64,000 nt of DNA from an uncultured Armatimonadetes bacterium (GTDB lineage: Bacteria > Armatimonadota > Hebobacteria > Hebobacterales > Hebobacteraceae), in the NCBI GenBank assembly GCA_963716175.1, contig OY970296.1, forward strand, positions 1,920,001 to 1,984,000. The letters are read 5' to 3'. The translations under genes were made by a program, and so were the position numbers. The stretch's first letter is position 1. Each line of letters begins with the position of its first letter. Of the stretch, positions 31,761 to 40,351 are shown piece by piece. The notes under the pieces were generated by a model. That model searched no databases, was not told the DNA's origin, and worked only from the letters and a program-made list of their open reading frames with translations.

Positions 31761-31936
31761 GTTAACCGCCCGTATAGCCGGCCTGAGAGTCCCCCCGACT
31801 CCGGCTACCCCCTCAGCTGGAGTCACTGCCCGGGGTTAACCGCGCCATTGAGCGGCAGCTCTTCTCGGACACGCGGATCACAGCCTTCCGGTTGGCGGCG
31901 TGATGCCAGGCCGGCTCCATGGGCACCTGACAGGGG
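31761..31936 (+). repeat. Array repeat R12 (full length with both inverted arms)
   Basis: GTTAACCGCCCGTATAGCCGGCCTGAG + core + CAGGCCGGCTCCATGGGCACCTGACAGGG. Confidence 0.9.
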
Positions 31937-32162
31937 CAGGGCGCTTCAGAGTCATCCCTATCCGCCCGGCCTGCGCTCTCCCTGAGCTGGACGGAGCCCT
32001 GTTCGGCCCTATTCCTCGCTGTGCGGGGATCGGCCCATCAGACTCGACAGGTAGTCTCAGAAGCGTCCTCGGACTGCGGAAAGAGCATAGTGGATACAGG
32101 ACCGGGCGAATCCGGGATGGACCGGATAGCCAGGTCCTTTTCCATTGAAAACTGTTCGAAGT

Positions 32163-32258
32163 GTCTCGATAAAGGCAAACCGGCCGAAAGGCCGGGACGC
32201 AAAGCTCTGGGCCTAAGGTCTGCTTACCGCGGACGATGGTTGCCAGGCTGCCGAAGAC
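32163..32258 (+). ncRNA. Cyclic di-GMP-I (GEMM) riboswitch
   Basis: GGCAAACC-GGCC-GAAA-GGCC-GGGACGCAAAGC...GGGCCTAA...GGTTGCCAGGCTGCCGAA; G at the Vc2 G20-equivalent position. Confidence 0.88.
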
Positions 32259-32359
32259 GCTAGCCGCCAGCCGGGTCAGACGATGACCCACGCGGCGCGG
32301 CCTTCTCGGCAGCCTGGCATTTGCGTTTGTGCTGTCAAGAGGCAGAAGGAGAAGTCGAG

Positions 32360-32746
32360 GTGACAGCCGAGGCGCAGGAGCTCTTCTCCACGGAGGATGG
32401 CCGCCTCGCTATGAGCGAAGGGGAAGGGTGGGTCCTGACTACGATTACGGACCTCGCCGGCAAGGTCGGACAGCAGGCCAGAATGGCACTCTCCGAGCTG
32501 CTACTGAGCATGCAGGAACTCGCAGCTCGCCTGGAGGCCCTTGGCGACGGCGCAAACAGGCCCGTCGAGGTACTCCTGGGGTTCACACCCGAGGGTGAGC
32601 AGGTGTACGCTACCGTAAGCGAACACGAGATGGCGTTCGTGGAGGTCGCACGCGATGGAGTAGGCCGTCGTCGTCTATGCGGACCCTACTCGGTAGAGGA
32701 AGCCCACAGGATGGTGAACGCGGTGGGGAAGGCGAGCGCGGGGTAG
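32360..32746 (+). CDS. Small hypothetical protein downstream of the riboswitch
   Basis: AAGGAG RBS, GTG start, 128 aa. Confidence 0.55.
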   Translation: MTAEAQELFSTEDGRLAMSEGEGWVLTTITDLAGKVGQQARMALSELLLSMQELAARLEALGDGANRPVEVLLGFTPEGEQVYATVSEHEMAFVEVARDGVGRRRLCGPYSVEEAHRMVNAVGKASAG

Positions 32747-32859
32747 GAAGCCGGCCAGCGAAAGTGCCCTCGCTGGAAGGCCCAGAGCCCGTCGCATAGA
32801 TGTACTGCGCTGCGTGGCTGAAACGGCATGAGCACTCGTCCGGTCACAAACTGACGGCG

Positions 32860-33078
32860 AGCCGTTCGAGAACGCCCACCTGCTGCGCCACACCTTCATG
32901 CGCCTCTGGCGCATTCGCCACCCACGCCCTGCGCGCCCGGCCCAACCTGCGGGCGGTGCAGGAACTGCTGGGCCACGCCTGGGTGACCACGACCCAGCGC
33001 TACACTCACCTGGAGGTAGAGGACCTGCAGGCACAGCTGGCCGATCTCCCGGCCAACCGCTTACCGGGCGTCGGCTGA
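32860..33078 (+). pseudogene. Tyrosine recombinase (XerC/D-like) C-terminal remnant
   Basis: HLLRHTF | ATH...[22 protein letters not shown], frameshifted by a 19-bp hairpin insertion. Confidence 0.85.
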
Positions 33079-33137
33079 ATCCATACGACGCACTATGGGC
33101 CCAATTCATCAGCCGAGCAGCGCGTCTGACTCATGGG

Positions 33138-36100
33138 TCAGAGGGGCAGCTTGAAGGCCCGGGCGATGTAGACGGCCATCTGATCCCGCGTCACGTGCTC
33201 ATCCGGCCTATAGCTGCCGTCGTCATAGCCGCGCACCACGCCGTTATCTACGCAGGCTTTGATCGCGGTGCCCGACCAGAAGCCGGCCGGCACATCAGAG
33301 AAGAGTTGGGGCGCGGCCGCCATGTCATCGCCAATCTTCGCCCAGCCTTGAGAGCGAGCCACGAACACCGCCATCTGTCCGCGGTCCACCACGACCTCCG
33401 GCCGGTAGTGCGTCGGGTCGTAGCCCTCCACCACCCCGTGTCCCACGGCATACTCCACGTACCTGTAGGCCCAGTAGTCGCTCGGAACATCCGTGAACGT
33501 GGCCGCGGCCGGCCCACTCGGCACGTACGCGTCTCCGCCGGCCATAGCGCGTGATATGTAGACCGCCATCTGGTCGCGAGTCACGGGATCGGCGGGCCTA
33601 TAGGTGCCATCGGAGTAGCCCTTGACGATGCCGGCATCCACGCATGCCTTCACGGAGCCGAACGCCCAGAAATCGGTCGGTACGTCGGCGAACGTCTGCT
33701 GCGCGAGCGCCAGCGTGAAGTAGGTGGCGGACGTGCTCCGGCCGGCAACCACTCGGTCATCCGCGGCGAGGGCGCGCGTAATGTTTCGCCAGCGGCCGTC
33801 TTCCCAGGCCAGCAGCCGCACGGTCGACTCAGCGCCCGTCGGCACTTCTACGTCACGGTACGCCAGCACCAGCGACAGGCCGTCGGTGTGTGCGCCATTC
33901 GTGAGCAGCTCCCAGCAGTCGCCCAGGAAGGCGTAGCCGTCCGGCGCCGGCCCCAGCACATCGGGCGTCACGCACATCGCGGTGCTGCCTTCGGCCGTGA
34001 CCGTGTCGAAGGTGACGGTGGCGTCACCCTTGATAATGGCGACGCTGCTGCCAGTGGGGGTGTTCGGCGCCCACCAGGCGGCGCTCGCGACATACGAGTA
34101 GTCGTAGGTCAGGCGGGTGGGCTCTCCGCTGCCGTCTGCGCTGATCATCCACAGCTCGAGTCCGGGCTCGATAGCGCCGTTGCCCCAGTCCGGGTTCACC
34201 GGCAGATGGTGGGCGGAGGAGAAGACCACCGCCCCGCCACTCGGCGACCAGCACAGAAAGCTGGCTGCCGCGCAGCAGACGTAACCCGGCGGGTTGATGA
34301 AGACAGGTGTCACCTCGCCACCATCGGGGGAGATGATCCCGACGCCGGCGAGGGAGGCGCCGCCGTCGGGCGAAGTCGCCGAAAAGTTCACCCCGAGTCG
34401 GGTCGCGTCCGCTGACCAGCCGACCGAACTCCCGAGCCAGCGTACTGTCCAGCCCGGATAGCCGGCCAGCGTGGTCGGGAGCACGGGATGATCCTGCGTG
34501 CCGTCGGGATGGATCAGCCAGAGGTTGCTGCCGCTCGGGTCGCAGCAACTCAGGTAGGCAATCCACTTGCCATCCGGGGACCAGTGCGGCTTGGAGGTGT
34601 ACTTGCCGCGGTTCGCCACCAGCAGCGTCCGCGTGGGCGCGTAGAGCTTCTGGGTGTAGACGTTCAGCGGCGGGGTCCCCTGTATCTCGGTGTCGATGTA
34701 CGTCATCCAGGTGGCGTCGGGGGAAAACTCCGCGCTGTCCCAGCCCCACATGTTCGGCAGTCGCACTGGGTCGCTGCCGTCGGCGTTGGCCACGCGGATC
34801 CCCCAGTCGGAGATGCGGTAGGCGATCTTCGTGCCGTCCCAGGAGTAGCTCGGCGTGTGGGAGGCATCGGGGCCGACCCACTTGCGCTCCGAGGGAGTCG
34901 TCCCGTACTGCAGGATGGCCTGGAGGTTGTAGGGGTCGTTCTCGTTGCCGTACATCGTCTGCTCGTAGGCGAGCTTGCCGGGGAGCACTGGCAGGGCCGG
35001 CCAGGTGGTGTCGACGGTGAAGCGGTGGCGGGACGTCTGGTCGTTCCAGACGCTCACGCGCGGATCGCTTACTCGGTCGTCGACCGGAGTCCAGTCGCTG
35101 ATCTGCCAGAAGTAGGTTCGGCCCGGATCGAGCGCGGGCCCTTTGCCGTCGAAGTTGTAGACCGCCGAGGCCGGCCCGGTCGGCGAGAGCGGCACGCGCC
35201 AGATCTGGCCGCAGTCGTCCTGGTCCGGGGCGGGGCCGGTATAGGTGGTGTCTCCTTCCGCGCGCACCTGAAGCGTGCCCTTCGCGCCCGAGAGGGGAAG
35301 CCACTGGAATGTCGGGACTGCGGTTTCAATCACACTGTCCGCTGTCGGGCCTGTAAGCGTCGGCACCGCGTCGGGAACGGCCGGGAGGGCCGGCGTGGTA
35401 AGCGAGATCTGACTGCCGGCGCTGCCGACGACCGTCAGCTTGTACGACCCGGCCGGTATCGGCCCTTCCTTACGCGCCTCATAGTAGACGTAGGTATAGG
35501 TGTAGTTCGGGCCGGGGATCACACGGCAATCGACCGAGCCCCCGGGATTCGTGCCGGCGGGGTCATACCAGTCGCTGCCATCGGTGTTGATCACATGGCG
35601 GCCGCCCTGCATGTCTTCGACCCACAGCATGGAGGGCTGCTCGTACTGCGAGCCATAGACCTGGACGGTGAAGCGCGCATGCCACATCGGCCAGTCCCAC
35701 CAGTCTGCATCGCGGCCGCGGTCGATCACTACGTCTTCGATCACCGGCGCGGTCGTGACCACCTCTCCGGAGTTCACCTGGAAGTCGTCGAAGGCGACCA
35801 CGACCTCCCGGTCAGTCTGCGCCCAGGAACTGAGGCTCACCAGCATGTCGCCCGAAGGCACTACACTGGCTGCGAGTTGGAACCACGCCCCACCGTTTGT
35901 GGACCGTTGGTAAGCGCTCAGCAGGGAGTCCGCGTCGCGGACCAGTCGCAGGGTCCCCGTCTGGTCCTCTGTCCCGACCGATGCTCCGCAGATGCAGCTC
36001 GACATCGCGAGGTAGCTAACGAGGTAGGAGTTGTGGCCATCTTCCGAGCAACCCCGTTGGACACTACACAGGTCGCCGGGTGGGTCGGCGAACAGGCCGA

Positions 36101-36422
36101 GCGACCTGGGGCCGGTCGCTGGCCAGCCGATCAGCTGGAAGTCCACCTGGATATCGAACGGCCCTCGCAGCCGCCACAGTGACGCGAGATCGTCGTGGTG
36201 CTCCACCTCCGTCGGCTCCAGCGTCATAACCAGCTTGCCATCGCGCTCAACGATGGACCCACCTGCGCCGGGCCAGCAGTAGGCTCCCCACTTCGTAGTG
36301 TCTATCACGCCGTCATCGAAGTTGTCGTTGGGGTCGATGGTCTGGGCAAAGCCCACTATGCCGGCGAGGAATAGGACGCCAAGGACGGACAGCAAGACAA
36401 GCGAGGAGCGCCACATCACCAT
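33138..36422 (-). CDS. Large secreted protein with TolB/PD40-like propeller and three SLH domains
   Basis: Signal peptide; WSPDG repeats; FxDVP..FW...GY.DG.YRP...VTRDQMAVYI. Confidence 0.88.
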   Translation of the reverse strand: MVMWRSSLVLLSVLGVLFLAGIVGFAQTIDPNDNFDDGVIDTTKWGAYCWPGAGGSIVERDGKLVMTLEPTEVEHHDDLASLWRLRGPFDIQVDFQLIGWPATGPRSLGLFADPPGDLCSVQRGCSEDGHNSYLVSYLAMSSCICGASVGTEDQTGTLRLVRDADSLLSAYQRSTNGGAWFQLAASVVPSGDMLVSLSSWAQTDREVVVAFDDFQVNSGEVVTTAPVIEDVVIDRGRDADWWDWPMWHARFTVQVYGSQYEQPSMLWVEDMQGGRHVINTDGSDWYDPAGTNPGGSVDCRVIPGPNYTYTYVYYEARKEGPIPAGSYKLTVVGSAGSQISLTTPALPAVPDAVPTLTGPTADSVIETAVPTFQWLPLSGAKGTLQVRAEGDTTYTGPAPDQDDCGQIWRVPLSPTGPASAVYNFDGKGPALDPGRTYFWQISDWTPVDDRVSDPRVSVWNDQTSRHRFTVDTTWPALPVLPGKLAYEQTMYGNENDPYNLQAILQYGTTPSERKWVGPDASHTPSYSWDGTKIAYRISDWGIRVANADGSDPVRLPNMWGWDSAEFSPDATWMTYIDTEIQGTPPLNVYTQKLYAPTRTLLVANRGKYTSKPHWSPDGKWIAYLSCCDPSGSNLWLIHPDGTQDHPVLPTTLAGYPGWTVRWLGSSVGWSADATRLGVNFSATSPDGGASLAGVGIISPDGGEVTPVFINPPGYVCCAAASFLCWSPSGGAVVFSSAHHLPVNPDWGNGAIEPGLELWMISADGSGEPTRLTYDYSYVASAAWWAPNTPTGSSVAIIKGDATVTFDTVTAEGSTAMCVTPDVLGPAPDGYAFLGDCWELLTNGAHTDGLSLVLAYRDVEVPTGAESTVRLLAWEDGRWRNITRALAADDRVVAGRSTSATYFTLALAQQTFADVPTDFWAFGSVKACVDAGIVKGYSDGTYRPADPVTRDQMAVYISRAMAGGDAYVPSGPAAATFTDVPSDYWAYRYVEYAVGHGVVEGYDPTHYRPEVVVDRGQMAVFVARSQGWAKIGDDMAAAPQLFSDVPAGFWSGTAIKACVDNGVVRGYDDGSYRPDEHVTRDQMAVYIARAFKLPL

Positions 36423-36694
36423 ACCTCCCGACTGCTCAGTTTCGGGCCGGTCCTGGATGATCGTGGGGCGTGAGCCTGCAACTCCGGCTCGGGTGTCGAC
36501 CCCTCGTACCCTTCATAGGTTCGGCTCAGGCATCGCCTTCCCTTCTGGCTCCAGCCTGGGCCGTAACCTCCAGCACTGGGGAGAACGCGGACTTCAGAGG
36601 TGAAGTGGCTGTCTCACAATCCAGTTTCCCAGACGCAGACCGGCTCGGAAGGCAGTGCAGAGGGCGTCTCACATCTGGCAGAGCCGATCATGAG

Positions 36695-36765
36695 ACGCCC
36701 TCTGGACACCCCCGGGATCCGGGCCAACCCCCTCGGCTCTGGTCCCTCGTCCGGGGGTCTGTCGC
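36695..36765 (+). repeat. Array repeat R13 (degenerate)
   Basis: CACCCCCGGGATCCGGGCCAACCCCCTCGGCTCTGGTCCC...GGGGGTCTGTCGC. Confidence 0.55.
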
Positions 36766-36845
36766 TTCTGGGGGAGATAGTCGCACCTTTGCTCCACCCC
36801 GCTCCCGAGCGCGGCCCTGAAGCCCACTGGGGTGCCGTTTTGGGC

Positions 36846-37268
36846 TTACACGGTCCCCGGTCGCGCGTTGGCCCGGTCAGTGAGTTCCCGCTGCCGCTTC
36901 TGCCGCTCATACTCCGCGAAGTACTGCTCTTCGCGCCGTCGGCAGTACTCGTCCTGCCCGGCATACCTCTCCTCCCGGATGCTCTGCAGCAGCCGGGCCG
37001 CCTCCTCGGCCTGCGCGGGAGTGGCGGCGGTGATCAGCTTCTGGATTGCAGACCGGCCCTCCCAGGGCTCGAACTCCTCCGGTGCCGTGCGCCAGCGTTC
37101 GGCGATCCGGCTCGAGTGGGCACGGAACTTCGCCGCTGCCTGCTCGACCTCGCCCACCACATCCTGGTTGGCGAACGGATTCGGCTCCTCCCCCGGCGCG
37201 GGCGCGAGTCGTGCCTCCAGGTTGGCGATGCGGGCGGTCAGCGCGGTAGAGGTGTGCCTGCGCATCAT
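36846..37268 (-). CDS. Hypothetical protein (phage/satellite-like cluster)
   Basis: GAGGAGG RBS; LTARIANLEARL N-terminal helix. Confidence 0.55.
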   Translation of the reverse strand: MMRRHTSTALTARIANLEARLAPAPGEEPNPFANQDVVGEVEQAAAKFRAHSSRIAERWRTAPEEFEPWEGRSAIQKLITAATPAQAEEAARLLQSIREERYAGQDEYCRRREEQYFAEYERQKRQRELTDRANARPGTV

Positions 37269-37293
37269 GGGCTCCAGGACCTCCTCAGCTCCA

Positions 37294-37707
37294 TCAGGTG
37301 AAGATGCGCCTGCCGTAGTGCCGGTAGACCGCCTCCAGGAACTGGGGATTGGGCTGGTTGGCGATCCCTTCATAGACCGGGAAGTACTTGCCGGTCTGCC
37401 AGAAGAGGGAGGTGAGGAACTCGGCGATGCAGCCGTTGTGCTCCGCCAGTTCCGGCACGATCGTGCTGCGCTTGTCCCAGCGGCCAGGCTCGATCTCGAA
37501 GGATTCCTCCGTGCGGCTGGGGTCGGTGATGGCGCGGTAGCCCTCCGGGGTGCGCTCGACGTAGCCGCGCGCACAAGCGGCCAGCAAGGACCGGCAGGCC
37601 TGCGCTTGCTCCTCAACGCTCCAGCCGAGGCCCTCCGCCGGCGGCCGCGCCCGGGCCTCCAGTTGCGCCACCTGGCGGGCCGTCTGCCTGAGATGACTAC
37701 GCAGCAT
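37294..37707 (-). CDS. Hypothetical protein (phage/satellite-like cluster)
   Basis: Overlaps the upstream gene; QVAQLEAR N-terminal helix. Confidence 0.55.
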   Translation of the reverse strand: MLRSHLRQTARQVAQLEARARPPAEGLGWSVEEQAQACRSLLAACARGYVERTPEGYRAITDPSRTEESFEIEPGRWDKRSTIVPELAEHNGCIAEFLTSLFWQTGKYFPVYEGIANQPNPQFLEAVYRHYGRRIFT

Positions 37708-38075
37708 TCAGCTTCTCCTCCAGCGACTGGACCCGGACGAGCAGGTCCTCCTCGACGACGCCCTTGCGGTCATGCTCCAGGATCACCTCCGCGGCGCGGA
37801 TGCGGGCGGTCTTGGGGGCGTCGGTGTCCTGCATCACCTTCACCAGCACGGTGATCGCGGCGTTGGCCGCCCGCCGCAGCAGCCGTAGGGTCTCCCGGTA
37901 GCTCTCCTGGCGAGCCCGCTGGTAAGCCTGGGCGAACGCCTCCAGCTTCAGCCAGCGCCGCAGGGTCGGCTCGCTCACCCTGGCTTTGGTGGCCGCCGCC
38001 GCGATGGTCGCCTCCGAGAGCAGGCATGCTATCGCCCGTCCTTGCCGCGGCGACAGGCCGGAATTCTCAGTCGCC
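37697..38075 (-). CDS. HTH protein resembling a phage/satellite small terminase subunit (5' end probably lost)
   Basis: RQGRAIACLL..TIAAAATKARVSEPTLRRWLK...RIRAAEVIL...RVQSLEE. Confidence 0.6.
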
Positions 38076-38184
38076 CCGCAGAGTAACGCACCTCCGGGAA
38101 GTGCTGCTCCATCACTGGCTTCACGCCTTCGTGGTAGAGCCGCTCTGCCAGCACTATGCCTTTGACGAACCGGTATCCATTCAT
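38076..38184 (-). pseudogene. N-terminal stub of a DUF4037-like protein
   Basis: MNGYRFVKGIVLAERLYHEGVKPVMEQHFPEVRYSA, then an abrupt junction. Confidence 0.5.
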
Positions 38185-38825
38185 AGTCGTTCTCGCGCCG
38201 GAACAGGGTCGGTCTGCACGTCGTGCGTGCAGACGCTCTGCCCTCTGCCGTAGGCCTCAGGGGCGTGAGCGCCATCCTTGCTCTCACCGAACGCCTGGCG
38301 GAAAGTCAAGCGGTCCGAGGTGTCGCCGTTGGAGCTCTGCCATGGTTCGCGCTTGGTGCACTCGAATCCTGAAGACTCATAAAGGCTAACTGCAGCCGCG
38401 TTGGTGGCGCTCGTGTGTATGCCGAACATCCTGACGCAGCCGGAATTGCTCGCTTCGGCTGTCAGCAGTTCCAGGATGCGTCTGCCATGACCGTGCCCTC
38501 TCCGCCTCGGCGCGACACAGAAGAACGTCAGCCATAGGCATCCCGGTTCGTTGAAGGGATACTCCAGGCGCAGGTAGGCGACCAGCTCGTGGCAGCGCGC
38601 GCTCTCGACCACGAGGTGGCGAAGGCCGGTCGTAGCCGGCTCTTCATACCAGAGCCGTCGCAGGGTCTGCTCAGCGTACTCCGCTGTCTCCCCAATCGCC
38701 ACGAGAGTGGTTGGATCGAGCAGCATGCTGAGAATCCCCGGCAGATCCGTCTCTGTCGCCAAACGCAGTCGCAGGTCACCCGACTCAGCGCCGTCCAGAT
38801 GCAGTGCGTCCCAACTGCTCTCCAT
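38181..38825 (-). CDS. GNAT-family acetyltransferase
   Basis: GAGGAG RBS; VAPRRRGHGHGRRIL (motif A), NAAAVSLYESSGF. Confidence 0.85.
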   Translation of the reverse strand: MESSWDALHLDGAESGDLRLRLATETDLPGILSMLLDPTTLVAIGETAEYAEQTLRRLWYEEPATTGLRHLVVESARCHELVAYLRLEYPFNEPGCLWLTFFCVAPRRRGHGHGRRILELLTAEASNSGCVRMFGIHTSATNAAAVSLYESSGFECTKREPWQSSNGDTSDRLTFRQAFGESKDGAHAPEAYGRGQSVCTHDVQTDPVPARERL

Positions 38826-39472
38826 AGGGTTCTCCTCGGGCTTGTGCCCTCTAGGGTGTCTTGGGTCAGGAACCTCGAGGAGGCCGGCCACGGAAAGCGC
38901 CACAGACCTGCTGGCCCGTGGCGCGCGTGGTCGGGGAGCGGCGGTTAGCTCAGGTGAGTGTGGCTCCAGGCCGTGCAGGCAGGTGATGACCGGTCTCTCT
39001 CGGGTTACGAGTTGTCGTCTTCATGGTCACCACCTCCCTTCTGCTAAATAGAGTAGCGATAGTCTACTCATCCGATTGGTTGCTGTCAACTGCGAGATGA
39101 CCTCTCGCGATGGTCCTTCCGAAACCTCCGCTGCAGCTCCCCCGGCGTCCGGTTCAGCACGGTAGGTTCAGGCACTCGCGCCTTCTGCTCCTCCATCGCC
39201 AGCCGCTCGACAAACGGCGTAAGCACGTGCACACGGCTCGGGTGAAACGGCGGCCGCCCTGATGGCCGAGAGCGGATCGCGGCACCGTCTGCAGAGCGAG
39301 AAGCGAGTAACCTCTGACGGGCGCGCCTCGTGAGCGCGAACACCGGAAGTGCCCGCCTCATCGTCGGGTGCCAGTGGGCAGCATGCAGTTACAGGTCTAT
39401 GCTATCGCACCCGGGTCAGATGTGAATACCCTGTCTTCGCGCGGAATGGGCGAGGAACCCGCCGTTACGGAG

Positions 39473-40351
39473 CTAGTGCACCGGGGTGCCCCACCTCGCC
39501 TTGTAGACATGCTCTCCCGCCCAGTTGACTACCCGATCGGGTTGCATGAGAAGCACTCGTTCAGCCCACCACTTCTCACCCCCCCCTTGGACATAGGCTA
39601 TCTGGCCAGTCACCGGGTTGGTCGAGATGCTGTTCACATGGCCGGTTTCTCTGAGCTGCGGATGCAGTTTGAAACTCCGCTTATCCCGGTCAAAGAGCCA
39701 GCAGTGACTGCCGGTCGTCACGGTCATCAGCGGGCTGTCTGGCACCGGATACAGGTCATGCCCTCCGCCTTCAGGGAGATCCACTATGAAGAACATCGCG
39801 AGCGAGGGATTACCTGAGTCCCAGTCTACCAGCCGGTAGGCCCTGATGTCGCGGTGCGCAAGTGCCCATAGGACTCCCCGGGCTTCATCCCATACAACCC
39901 CGTGTCCCTCGGGTAGTGCCGTGCTGAACAGCTCTTTCTCGGAGGTATTGGCATCGTAGATGATGAGCTGGTCGCAGTTCCGCGGTGGCCCGCTGCCCTC
40001 GTGACCCGAAGTGGCCACGGCCACCCGGCCTCCAGGCAGCAGGTCTGCCGAGTGGGCGTTCTCGGCCACAGCCCAGAAGGATGCTCTGCCCGTTCCTCGC
40101 TCCACCAGCGCCACGCCGGAACCTGAGGATGTGATGAGTATCCACTTCCCCCCGCCCAACGGCTTGCATTCGTCGGTGCTAGCGAACTGCCATTGCTTGA
40201 GTTCCGCGGGCAGTTCAGGGCAGTCCTTGGCCCGCCATCTCCACATCTTCTTTGGCTTCCCGTTCTCTTCCCGGGGAAGGTCGAGAATGTACACCTCATC
40301 CCCGCCGCACACTATCAGCTCCTGGGATGCTGCCGCTGTCTGGCCTCCCAC
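39473..40351 (-). CDS. DUF6528-like beta-propeller protein, 5' end truncated by IS3
   Basis: STDECKP, NAHSADLLP, GHGVVWD, GGHDL, YKARW; ORF starts exactly at the IS end. Confidence 0.7.
   Translation of the reverse strand: MGGQTAAASQELIVCGGDEVYILDLPREENGKPKKMWRWRAKDCPELPAELKQWQFASTDECKPLGGGKWILITSSGSGVALVERGTGRASFWAVAENAHSADLLPGGRVAVATSGHEGSGPPRNCDQLIIYDANTSEKELFSTALPEGHGVVWDEARGVLWALAHRDIRAYRLVDWDSGNPSLAMFFIVDLPEGGGHDLYPVPDSPLMTVTTGSHCWLFDRDKRSFKLHPQLRETGHVNSISTNPVTGQIAYVQGGGEKWWAERVLLMQPDRVVNWAGEHVYKARWGTPVH

Noticed and set aside
38850-38950. Possible attC next to the GNAT gene (GCTAAC on the - strand)
   Set aside because: No matching GTTRRRY end or convincing L boxes found.
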